IMG/VR virus record: IMGVR_UViG_3300050821_018577
Span: 114,859 to 178,858 of that record
Reading direction: 5' to 3' (one strand)
Length of the DNA stretch: 64,000 bases
Source of the DNA: a virus
A program made the translations under genes and the position numbers. The notes below the pieces were generated by a model. It was not told the DNA's origin, did not search any database, and saw nothing but the letters and a program-made list of their open reading frames with translations. Below are positions 55,922 through 64,000 of the stretch, one piece after another; within the stretch, counting starts at the first letter, position 1; each line of letters opens with the position of its first letter.

Positions 55922-56190
55922 CCGACTTCATCATCGACGTAGCGCCGGACGGACGGATCCGGGCGATTTACGACGATGCCTTGGCCGAACTGTTCGCTCA
56001 AGGCGAAACCACTATCCGCCGCGCGAGTAATGTCGAACCGCATCCAGATGGCGGCTGGCTCGCCGATATGTCACCGAGCGGTGGCCCTATTCTTTACGGT
56101 CCTGACGGTAAAGGCTTTCCGTTGCGGCAGGCAGCTTTGGATGCCGAGCGCGCGTGGCTTGAAGAAAAGTTGTTTGGGAGGCGCAGTTGA
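55918..56190 (+). CDS. hypothetical protein linked to DUF2997 cluster
   Basis: IRRASNVEP..W.ADMSP.GGP..F..R..AL.AE..WL. Confidence 0.65.
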   Translation: MTDFIIDVAPDGRIRAIYDDALAELFAQGETTIRRASNVEPHPDGGWLADMSPSGGPILYGPDGKGFPLRQAALDAERAWLEEKLFGRRS

Positions 56191-56483
56191 GCACGGTAAT
56201 TAACTGGACCTGCCCAAACGGCCATGAAAACCAAGAGGTCGTCAATTCACATCAACGCAACTGGACAGGCCCCGTATGCGGCCAGTGCGGCGCGCTCGGG
56301 GAAAAGAGCGACATCACCTGCCAGGATGTCATAGACGGCAAGGAATGCGACGACCGAGGATTGTCTTACGACCAACTGTGCGATTCCTGTAAGCAGTATT
56401 GGATGAGGGTTGCGGACGGAACGCACAAAAGTCCCGAAGAATGCCTCACGGAAATACAATCGTGGAAGGCTCCTCATGCCTAA
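56187..56483 (+). CDS. Cys-rich hypothetical protein
   Basis: CPNGH, CGQCG, CDSC. Confidence 0.5.
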   Translation: MSTVINWTCPNGHENQEVVNSHQRNWTGPVCGQCGALGEKSDITCQDVIDGKECDDRGLSYDQLCDSCKQYWMRVADGTHKSPEECLTEIQSWKAPHA

Positions 56484-56811
56484 CTTCACCATCCAAACCA
56501 CGACCAAATCGCACTGCGGTCTTTGTCATGGTTATCTGGACCTGCTTTGCGAGGACGACCGTAAGAAAAGGCCTCTCATGTTCTTCATTTGCTGGCCTTG
56601 CCGACGTGTCACAGTTGCTGGCGTTGGCGAAATTACAAGAGAAGGCGAGCCGCTTCAATTCAATGACCATCAGTTGAAGTGGATCATGTGCGTCATCGAA
56701 GAGTTGGTCATGGCCGGCGGTAAGCCCGGCGATTCTACCGTCGCGCTCCAGAACCTCCGGCAACTCATCAAGGAACGAGACAACCTCAAAGCGCAATTGA
56801 CTCCGTACTAA
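56476..56811 (+). CDS. hypothetical Zn-binding protein
   Basis: CGLC..CWPC. Confidence 0.5.
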   Translation: MPNFTIQTTTKSHCGLCHGYLDLLCEDDRKKRPLMFFICWPCRRVTVAGVGEITREGEPLQFNDHQLKWIMCVIEELVMAGGKPGDSTVALQNLRQLIKERDNLKAQLTPY

Positions 56812-56851
56812 AATCGGTCCTGCATAAAAACTTCATACAAGGGAGAAAACG

Positions 56852-57904
56852 ATGAGAGCAACAGCAAAGAAGTCGGCAGCCGTGTCTGCGGGCTCGGCGG
56901 CACGCAAAGCCTGGGAGACCAGACGCGCAAACGGAACCGCGCCCAGCAAGTCGCCAAGGCCGCCAATAAAATTGACACCGCTTGCGCCTATCAATTTGCC
57001 AAAGAACGTGAAGGCCATTCCGGTCGAGCAAATGCTGTCCAAAACCGTCGTATTGGTTTTGACCATCAGCGGAATCGGCAATCGCCGCAAGGTGGATCCG
57101 AAGATGATTACCGTTGATGCCGACAAAGCGTGGCTCGGCGTCACCAAGAAACTGTATGAGTCCGAAGAACTGGACGAAATCAATTCCATCGGCAACGAAA
57201 CCCGTATGTGGGTGGAGAGCCGCGCCCTGCCATCGAACATCAAGCGTGGCGTCCATCTGTTGCCCGTTGAATTCATCGAAGAAGTGGATGCCAAGATGAA
57301 AGATGGCAACGCCCGTCGCGTTCCGCTGGTCGAAAAAATGATTCGCCGCGTAAAGGAATATCAAGCCAACGCCAAGGCCAGGCTCAATAAGCTATACGAT
57401 GAAAGCCAATATCTCACCCCGGCGCAACTCCGCGCGGCCTTTGACATCAGATGGCGTTACGTGTGGGTGGACAGCGCCAAGCAACTCGAATCGGTCAGCC
57501 CTGAATTGTATGCCGAAGAATGCAAGAAGGCCCAGGCTGCCGGCGTTGAACTGCGCGAATCGATTCAACAATTGATGCGTGCGGAATTCATGGAAAAACT
57601 TAACCATTTCATCGACCGATTGAGCCCGAACGAGCATGGCGAGAAAAAGAGTTTCCGTGAAGGATCCATCGACAAGTTTCGGGAATTCTGCAAGATATAC
57701 AATCCGCGCGACATCACCAACGACGTGCAGGTGCGCACATTGGTTGAGCACGCCGAGTCACTAATGGGCGACGTAGACGTTGACAGCCTTCGTAACAACG
57801 ATGATTTGCGCAAGCACATTCGGACGGGTTTTGAAAACATCAAGAATGCGTTAGACCCGCTGGTGGTTGACAAGCCGCACCGTCGCATCATCATCGAAGA
57901 GTAA
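56852..57904 (+). CDS. DUF3150-like protein
   Basis: RBS AAGGGAG; VLVLTISGIG.RRK, helical body (recalled family). Confidence 0.55.
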   Translation: MRATAKKSAAVSAGSAARKAWETRRANGTAPSKSPRPPIKLTPLAPINLPKNVKAIPVEQMLSKTVVLVLTISGIGNRRKVDPKMITVDADKAWLGVTKKLYESEELDEINSIGNETRMWVESRALPSNIKRGVHLLPVEFIEEVDAKMKDGNARRVPLVEKMIRRVKEYQANAKARLNKLYDESQYLTPAQLRAAFDIRWRYVWVDSAKQLESVSPELYAEECKKAQAAGVELRESIQQLMRAEFMEKLNHFIDRLSPNEHGEKKSFREGSIDKFREFCKIYNPRDITNDVQVRTLVEHAESLMGDVDVDSLRNNDDLRKHIRTGFENIKNALDPLVVDKPHRRIIIEE

Positions 57905-57908
57905 TTCC

Positions 57909-57937
57909 TTGCTTTTTCCTAGACCCTAAGTTATAAT
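57909..57937 (+). promoter_or_regulatory. sigma70-type promoter
   Basis: TTGCTT-17 nt-TATAAT; shares CTAAGTTATAAT with the 48532 promoter. Confidence 0.7.
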
Positions 57938-57983
57938 CCAGACACTCCATTCCTTACATTAAGCGAGTGCCGAAAGGAGAGCC

Positions 57984-58337
57984 GTGATAAAGGGCGCTAT
58001 CTTAAAGGATGGTCACTATGCCGTGCGCTACGGTGAGTATTGCCGCTTGATTTGGCTGCGAACGCAGAAAGTCGGCAGGAAGGGTGCCCAGAAATACGGC
58101 AAGAGGTACAGACGAATTCTTGCCTACAAGCGCGGCGACGGATGGGAAGACTTCGCATTCCTGAACGACGATGGCTCCCTAAAGATGTATCACAGTTGCA
58201 AGCGTACATGGACGCCAGAACAGTTGGCCGCTATCCAATCCGGGATCGATGCAATCCGTGTAGCGCCCGGAGTAGCGCAGCAGTTGTATGAAGAAGTCAC
58301 AGAAACGGCAAAGGTGAGAGCCGAAAATCTCGCCTAA
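57984..58337 (+). CDS. hypothetical protein
   Basis: RBS AAGGAG, GTG start. Confidence 0.55.
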   Translation: MIKGAILKDGHYAVRYGEYCRLIWLRTQKVGRKGAQKYGKRYRRILAYKRGDGWEDFAFLNDDGSLKMYHSCKRTWTPEQLAAIQSGIDAIRVAPGVAQQLYEEVTETAKVRAENLA

Positions 58338-58357
58338 ATTTATTTAAGGGAGAAACG

Positions 58358-59203
58358 ATGGCTACAAAAGTGTGGTCTGGTTTTCTGAATTTTGGCCTAC
58401 TTTCCATTCCATGTGTTCTGAACGTCGCGGCCCGCAACAAACGCGTAGACCTGAATACGTTCCACGTCGCATGTAACACGGCAATCAAGATGCCGAAATG
58501 GTGCCCGCGCTGCCAGGTCCAACTGCAACCAACAGAAACTTATCGCGGTTTCGACGCTGGCAAGGGCAAAGGTGTTGTGCCACTGACTGACGAAGAAATG
58601 GAAGCCATCACGCCGACGACCGAAAAAGTGATGGAAATCCGCGAAGTCGTGAACTGGAAAGACGTGGACCCGATTTATCTTGCTGAAAGTTTTTACTGCG
58701 TTCCGGACCCGGCTGGCGCCAAGGCCTATTCGCTGCTCGTCCAGACCTTGAAAGAAACGGGCCGCGTTGCAGTGGTGCAACTGACAAAAGGTTCTCGGGA
58801 GCACGTCGCCATTCTTCGCCCAAAGGGGAATGGACTTGCGTTGAATTACTTGTGGTATGAAACCGAGATTGCGCAAGTTGCGGAATTTAATGACCTGAAA
58901 GCAGTCACGGTGAGCGCCGCCGAAATGAAACTCGCCAAACAACTCGTCGAGAGCTTGGTTTCGGACTTCACTCCGTCGCAATACGAAGATAGCTACAACC
59001 AACGATTGAACACTTTGATTGCATCGAAGTTGGACAAAGCCGTTCAGCCGCCGACGCCGGTCAACGTTCCCAAGATGGCGGCAACGGTGGATATCTCCGC
59101 AGCCTTGGAAGCCTCGCTCAAAGCGCCTAAGCGCAAACCGCCAACAGCCGTGGCACCAGAGCAGCCGGCCAAGGGCAAAGGCAAAAAGACAAAAGCGGCC
59201 TAA
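58358..59203 (+). CDS. ku: Ku DNA-end-binding protein
   Basis: VWSG.LNFGLLSIP, VDPIYLAESFY, AY.LL..TL, EMKLAKQL, YEDSY, VDI.AALEASL. Confidence 0.92.
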   Translation: MATKVWSGFLNFGLLSIPCVLNVAARNKRVDLNTFHVACNTAIKMPKWCPRCQVQLQPTETYRGFDAGKGKGVVPLTDEEMEAITPTTEKVMEIREVVNWKDVDPIYLAESFYCVPDPAGAKAYSLLVQTLKETGRVAVVQLTKGSREHVAILRPKGNGLALNYLWYETEIAQVAEFNDLKAVTVSAAEMKLAKQLVESLVSDFTPSQYEDSYNQRLNTLIASKLDKAVQPPTPVNVPKMAATVDISAALEASLKAPKRKPPTAVAPEQPAKGKGKKTKAA

Positions 59204-59293
59204 CGACTTTACCTTGGATGCCTTCCCATGTCAGAGCCAAGGTAGTGGCAGACGGGCGCCAGGAAGTCCCGTCATCACTTCTAGGAGAATCAT

Positions 59294-59536
59294 ATGATTC
59301 CATTGGTGAATGCAGACTTGTCCATTCCGGAAGGTGCTGTCTGTCAAGAAGCATCGCCCATGAGCGTCTCCAGATACATTCCATGTGGCCAGCCTGCCGT
59401 GGCCATCATCGATAATGGCGATGGGCGACCGTACTATATGTGCGGCCCATGCGCTTCCCACAACGTTCTCAATCGCCGTGCGAAGGTCGTGGCCGAGAAG
59501 GAGACCAATGGGATTCCAAACCACAATCATCATTAG
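59294..59536 (+). CDS. small Cys-rich protein
   Basis: CQEA..CGQPA..YMCGPCA.H. Confidence 0.5.
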   Translation: MIPLVNADLSIPEGAVCQEASPMSVSRYIPCGQPAVAIIDNGDGRPYYMCGPCASHNVLNRRAKVVAEKETNGIPNHNHH

Positions 59537-59858
59537 AAATGATGCGCTCGGCGACATTGAGCGGAACCCTTCACAATTTGTACAGAATCTCATTCTCGCC
59601 ATACAGGAAATCTCTGGCGTGCCCGAAGGCCTGGATGTTCCATGTGGCCATCACGGAAATGTGGCACGCGTGGTGGAATGTCACCATTCTGACAGCACGA
59701 CTATCATTGCCTCCGGTGGATCGACAGCCGAACTTCTGGCGACTGTAAACGGATGGCGATGGCCAGATAAACAAGAAAAACTGTCTGCCTTCATCATTGC
59801 GCTGGTGGATGCGAAAGTGGATGCGAAAGTAGAGTTGCAGCGGAAAGGAAAAGCATGA
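59508..59858 (+). CDS. hypothetical protein
   Basis: RBS AAGGAG; MGFQTTIII.NDAL. Confidence 0.6.
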   Translation: MGFQTTIIIRNDALGDIERNPSQFVQNLILAIQEISGVPEGLDVPCGHHGNVARVVECHHSDSTTIIASGGSTAELLATVNGWRWPDKQEKLSAFIIALVDAKVDAKVELQRKGKA

Positions 59859-60415
59859 ACGACGAAACCGTACGGGATCTGGCTGCCAAAACGAAGTACA
59901 CCCTGTTCACAAATATTTCCTTTGTCCAACAAGTCGAAAAGGACAAGCCTCCCATGCGCCTCGATTGCAACGCCATCCTCATCGAAGAAGGGGCCATCGG
60001 CATGTTGGAACCTACTCACAACAGGGTCCGCGGATTCGGTGCCGACCCGGCTTGGCCCGTGTTCACCTATTGGCTGCCGCAAGGCCCTGTCGCCTACTCT
60101 CTCGACAAGAAAGAGGATAAATCAACACTGTTCATCGGTTCGCGCAAGAACGCCAAACCGCGACCATTATTCAGCGGCTCGCTTTTGACCATCACAAATG
60201 GACCTTCCTTTTTTCTGCAAATCGAGAACGCCGACCATCCCCTGGATATTTTTGAGCGCGTTGGCGACATCGAAGATGTCTGGTTTCAACTGGAAAATCG
60301 AGTAGCCCGATATTGGACCGCGCCATTCATGCCTCACAGCACCTATGGTCCTCCCGAGGACACCTTGCAACGTCTCAATACACAACTGCGCCACAAATTG
60401 GCAGACTTGCGATGA
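59855..60415 (+). CDS. hypothetical protein
   Basis: ATGA-coupled ORF. Confidence 0.55.
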   Translation: MNDETVRDLAAKTKYTLFTNISFVQQVEKDKPPMRLDCNAILIEEGAIGMLEPTHNRVRGFGADPAWPVFTYWLPQGPVAYSLDKKEDKSTLFIGSRKNAKPRPLFSGSLLTITNGPSFFLQIENADHPLDIFERVGDIEDVWFQLENRVARYWTAPFMPHSTYGPPEDTLQRLNTQLRHKLADLR

Positions 60416-60891
60416 AAACCGTTATCCCTGATTTCCTGGCGCATCTGCCTGTCCACCGCGGTCTACCTGTGCCGTTCACCGCCATGTGGGTCAATGGAGA
60501 GCCAGACTTTCGCGTGGTGGACTTCCCGAAACGCCTGCGTTGCGTCAATGAGCGATTGTGCGCCATCTGCGGTAGAACGCTCGGCGAATATGCCTGGTTT
60601 ATCGGTGGACCGAAGTCTCTCGAAGTCTCGCATCTGTTCATGGATCCGCCGCAGCATGAGCATTGCGCACGCTTCGCCATCGCCACTTGTCCGTTCCTGA
60701 ATGGCACGGTAACCGAAACAAACCGCACCAAGCCGATTCCGGTCGAAGCGAGCATCGACCCGCTTATCAGCCCGACACGCAGCGACAAAATCGGGATGCG
60801 CCGGTCGAAAAAATATCGGCTGGTCAACGCCGCTGGCCACGCGCTTATCGAAGTGACCCGATGGTATGGCTTGCCGGTATGGCTAGCTTGA
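60412..60891 (+). CDS. conserved Cys/His phage protein
   Basis: RGLPVP..LCAICG..WFIGG..PPQH..CA.FA...CPFL. Confidence 0.65.
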   Translation: MKTVIPDFLAHLPVHRGLPVPFTAMWVNGEPDFRVVDFPKRLRCVNERLCAICGRTLGEYAWFIGGPKSLEVSHLFMDPPQHEHCARFAIATCPFLNGTVTETNRTKPIPVEASIDPLISPTRSDKIGMRRSKKYRLVNAAGHALIEVTRWYGLPVWLA

Positions 60892-61026
60892 ATGACCGTG
60901 CCTGGCGTTGCGAAAGATGCGGTTGCTGGCTCCAGGTCATTTGCCTTGACAAGAGAGTGGAATGCGCCAACTGTGGGAGCCGCGCCATTTCTAAATCGGA
61001 AGTGAAGTGGCACGGCCGAAAGCGTT

Positions 61027-61443
61027 GTGAAAGCTGTTGCCACTATTGCGACAAATGCCCGAAGGCTGAGAACTGCACGACAGAAAGGAGTAGCCGTGAA
61101 GCGCCAACTACTAACCTGCCATGACGCGGTTAAGACCAAGGTACAACACACGAAGCCTTGCTCGGACTGTCCTTGGGCGCGACGTTCCCTTCCCGGGTGG
61201 CTTGGCAATAGTTCCGCCGAAGAGTGGATCGAGCTCGCATACAGCGAAGGCTATTCCGAATGCCATACGACCGACAAACGTTGCGCAGGGTTCGCTATCT
61301 TTCAGGCGAATATCTGCAAGGTGCCTCGTGACCCTAGAGCCTTTCGGCTTCCGCCGGACACGGAGGTCTGTTTTGCGAATAGCTCGGAGTTTCTAACTCA
61401 CCACAATAGAACAGGAGAATCAAAATGGAAGGGTCGATGCTAG
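61027..61443 (+). CDS. Cys-rich hypothetical protein (start uncertain)
   Basis: KPCSDCPW..CH..CAG. Confidence 0.55.
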   Translation: MKAVATIATNARRLRTARQKGVAVKRQLLTCHDAVKTKVQHTKPCSDCPWARRSLPGWLGNSSAEEWIELAYSEGYSECHTTDKRCAGFAIFQANICKVPRDPRAFRLPPDTEVCFANSSEFLTHHNRTGESKWKGRC

Positions 61444-61658
61444 TCGCAAGTCAACTGTATAACGTATTGGGTTGTTTCGGAGCCGACAAAGACGAGAAAG
61501 GCAAATTCATCGTTCGCGGAAACATTACTTCGTTCCTGGGTGCCGGCGACGAATTTGTCATCGACGCTACCGCCGAATATCGCCGTCAGGGGCAGTGGTG
61601 CAATCTCCTCCAAGCCGTCAAGGTGACGTCGTACCACATGCCCATCGAAGTGTATTAG
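61425..61658 (+). CDS. hypothetical protein
   Basis: RBS AGGAG. Confidence 0.5.
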   Translation: MEGSMLVASQLYNVLGCFGADKDEKGKFIVRGNITSFLGAGDEFVIDATAEYRRQGQWCNLLQAVKVTSYHMPIEVY

Positions 61659-61694
61659 CGGCAGCGCGAGCCTGGAATCGCGCACAAGGGAGAA

Positions 61695-62114
61695 ATGATG
61701 CCAAAAACGAAGTTGGTGTTCAAAGGGGCCGAAGTCCGCAAGCTGCTCGATGATTCAAGAAAAGCCAAGGAACGCACCGTACCCTACGTGGGTGTCGTCA
61801 AGGGCACGCCAGTCGGCCTGATTCTCGTTAAAGACGATGGCGTGTATCTTCTGTCCAATTCCAACAGCAAGGAAACGCCAGCCACGACCGGGCTCATCGC
61901 CTACGCGAAAGGCTACGACGCTCCAAGCAAGCTGGATCGCCTTGACGCGCGCGGAGAGCAGTATGACAAAATCCGCCGCGATGTGGGCGGCGATGACTTT
62001 GGCGAAGCCGTGAACATTAGTGACGCCACCGACAAACTGATTGTGCCCGGGATGGACTTCATTCTCTATCTGACGCCGAACAAAATAACCATCCAGATTC
62101 GCAAGGCTGCGTGA
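61695..62114 (+). CDS. DUF3085 family protein
   Basis: LILVKDDGVYLLSN, AYA.G, GGDDF.E. Confidence 0.8.
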   Translation: MMPKTKLVFKGAEVRKLLDDSRKAKERTVPYVGVVKGTPVGLILVKDDGVYLLSNSNSKETPATTGLIAYAKGYDAPSKLDRLDARGEQYDKIRRDVGGDDFGEAVNISDATDKLIVPGMDFILYLTPNKITIQIRKAA

Positions 62115-62246
62115 CATGAAAGGCCCAAAAGACGGTAAATACTCATGCGGCTGTGTTTGGTCTCTTGCCGGCTTCTGGCTCTATATCTGCCCACGACATA
62201 ACCGCAAACGTCGGAAGCGCAAGCCGATGACGCTGATAAATGGAAG

Positions 62247-62723
62247 GTGAAGATGCGTGGCAAACGAGTGTTCACCGTCCGCAGTCGGTTTGCAAAAGAC
62301 GATGTAGTTTTCCAAAAAGGCGTGTCAGTACCGCTCACCGTGACAGGAATTAGTATTTCCATCGGATATGAAACCGATGACGACCGCTTTTTCTCCGCTG
62401 ACGAACTGCGTCTAGCTCCGCGGAATTACAGAGGAAAGGCTCCCGAACAGAAGAAGGAGAAGGAAATGCTACTTACCTATGGTCAGATTGGCGACCTAAT
62501 CGATGCCCTGCAATTCGCAGTGCGAGCACGACAGGAGTATTTGCGTACCAAATTTTCTTTACTCGCTCTCAAGGACCGCGGACGACATCTGGAACCAAAC
62601 GAAAAAGAGAAGTACGTCGAATGGACTGCGCAGATTCGACGCTATCGTAACTTGCGTCGTTATCTTTTGCAGGCAGAGGAGAAAGCAAATCTTCCGAAAA
62701 GGAAAAGGAGCAGGTCATGCTGA
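62247..62723 (+). CDS. hypothetical protein (start uncertain)
   Basis: ORF track. Confidence 0.45.
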   Translation: MKMRGKRVFTVRSRFAKDDVVFQKGVSVPLTVTGISISIGYETDDDRFFSADELRLAPRNYRGKAPEQKKEKEMLLTYGQIGDLIDALQFAVRARQEYLRTKFSLLALKDRGRHLEPNEKEKYVEWTAQIRRYRNLRRYLLQAEEKANLPKRKRSRSC

Positions 62724-63184
62724 AAACAACTTCACCGAAAACGAGTTGGTTGGACACAATCAAGGCCGGGGATTCTATATGGATTGGCATTCACGCCGAC
62801 GACCACCGCCGCATCGAGAAAGTCTCTCGTCTGACGGAGACGCAGATTGTCACTGGCGTGAACTTTGGTGCTAGCCGCTACCAACGCAAGAATGGCCGTC
62901 CGATTGGTGGCAGAACGTATTGGATCACTGGCATCGCAACCGAAAAAGACATTCAAGAATACAACGCGAAGCTGGCAGCCCAGCGCGAAGAATCGAAGCA
63001 CCGTGCCGAAGCTGAAAAACAAATCGAGGCCAAGCGCAAGGAACTCGATACGCTGTTCAACGGTGTCGCCTTCGTTCGTCCGGACAACGATAAGTGGGTC
63101 GTCGAGTTTGAGCCGGCGAACGAATCCGCAGTACGGGCATTAGCCGAGTTGGCGACAGGTCTTGAGGTAACTCAAGGGAGTTAA
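62717..63184 (+). CDS. hypothetical protein
   Basis: RBS AGGAG. Confidence 0.6.
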   Translation: MLKTTSPKTSWLDTIKAGDSIWIGIHADDHRRIEKVSRLTETQIVTGVNFGASRYQRKNGRPIGGRTYWITGIATEKDIQEYNAKLAAQREESKHRAEAEKQIEAKRKELDTLFNGVAFVRPDNDKWVVEFEPANESAVRALAELATGLEVTQGS

Positions 63185-63268
63185 ATCTTAGAGAAAGGTG
63201 GGTGGTTACTTAGTTGTGGCCGACCGGGGGAGCTTGCTGACTCTCCCGGTCCTAAAAAAAGGAGAAAC

Positions 63269-63790
63269 ATGACCCGCACCGAATTTGGGTTTGAGCGCAC
63301 AACCTGTGCCTGCAATGTTTGTGTGCTCAACTGTCGAGTTATGCCGGGCTATCTGATTCCAGCCGACCTGGAACGAATCATTCCACCTTACGTCGATTCG
63401 TTCCTTTGGGCGCAGGAGAATCTACTTGCTTCTCCTGGTGCTCTGGTCATGAACTCGCAAACTGGCCGCACCTTCCGCATTGGCACGCTAGTTCCGGCCA
63501 TCAAAGCCGATGGTGGTGGATGTATCAATCTGACAAAGGATGGCCGATGTAAGATTCACCAAATCGCACCATTTGGTTGCAGTTTCTTTGATTGCGGGCC
63601 CGAGCCTCCTGGACTGGCATTGGAAGGTGTATGTGCTGTTCAAGATGCTCAACGCGACCCATTGAGCCGCTACGCGCGGATCTGGGCCCATCTGTACCAC
63701 ATGGGCCGCGTGCAAGAGCGTGCCGAAGTGCTGCGCGAGAGAATGCGAAAGGAGTTGAACTATGCCGGAACCACGCACACGATTGAGTGA
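63269..63790 (+). CDS. YkgJ-like CxxCxxxC cluster protein
   Basis: CACNVCVLNC..PG.L, GC..L..GRC.IH..APFGC.FFDC. Confidence 0.65.
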   Translation: MTRTEFGFERTTCACNVCVLNCRVMPGYLIPADLERIIPPYVDSFLWAQENLLASPGALVMNSQTGRTFRIGTLVPAIKADGGGCINLTKDGRCKIHQIAPFGCSFFDCGPEPPGLALEGVCAVQDAQRDPLSRYARIWAHLYHMGRVQERAEVLRERMRKELNYAGTTHTIE

Positions 63791-64000
63791 GCGTTATAAG
63801 CCGGACACCATTGATATCGACATCGCTGGTAACTGCGCCTACTTTGGCAGGAACGCCGAGAAATATTTCTACGACAAAGACCTACGCGAGTACATCGACC
63901 ATTTGGTTGAGTCGGCAAAGCGCAGCACCAATCACCATTTCGTTGTCGAAGGAACCATCACCCGGGCGGCACAGACCCGACGATTGGACGCGCTCGGCTA
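63783..64000 (+). CDS. hypothetical protein, truncated by window end
   Basis: TTG-start frame MSERYKPDTID.. open to the end. Confidence 0.4.
   Translation, partial: MSERYKPDTIDIDIAGNCAYFGRNAEKYFYDKDLREYIDHLVESAKRSTNHHFVVEGTITRAAQTRRLDALG

Noticed and set aside
1-64000. Stop-codon reassignment
   Set aside because: Conserved genes end cleanly at TAG, TGA and TAA with coupled downstream starts (e.g. TAG 464-466 then ATG 467); only one gene has internal TAGs

Overview
64-kb segment of a large tailed dsDNA phage or prophage-like genome, standard genetic code, almost entirely + strand. Host is possibly Acidobacteriota (inference from the protein families only). Order: end of a GTA-like tail module and an M15 endolysin (1-8353); recombination and accessory genes (RecT, exonuclease, J-domain, Nudix, RusA-like, papain-like protease; 8.4-19.6 kb); an RNA-maintenance and stress module (19.6-28 kb); an inverted 8-kb block with a giant Ser/Gly/Thr-rich fibre, a glycosyltransferase and a methyltransferase (29.1-37.3 kb); a tRNA array holding several unassigned structured RNAs and a minimal HisRS-like gene (38.3-46.7 kb; 31 tRNAs in the window overall); and an early-type region behind a consensus sigma70 promoter (48.5-64 kb) with an AAA ATPase/DUF1257/DUF2997 cluster and Ku. 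The strongest candidate for a new system is a tandem array of seven divergent Y-RNA-like ncRNAs (19653-20651). They share one putative Ro-binding scaffold but carry different payloads: three circularly permuted tRNA mimics, one non-permuted tRNA mimic with a UCA anticodon, two hairpin payloads and one minimal RNA. They lie upstream of a Ro60/TROVE-vWA gene and a SpoU methyltransferase. Also notable: an AAA domain with Walker B before Walker A, a roughly 200-aa HisRS core, five tRNAs with C33 instead of U33, and an internally inserted J domain. All family names come from motif recall and all RNA structures from manual pairing; no database search or folding program was run.
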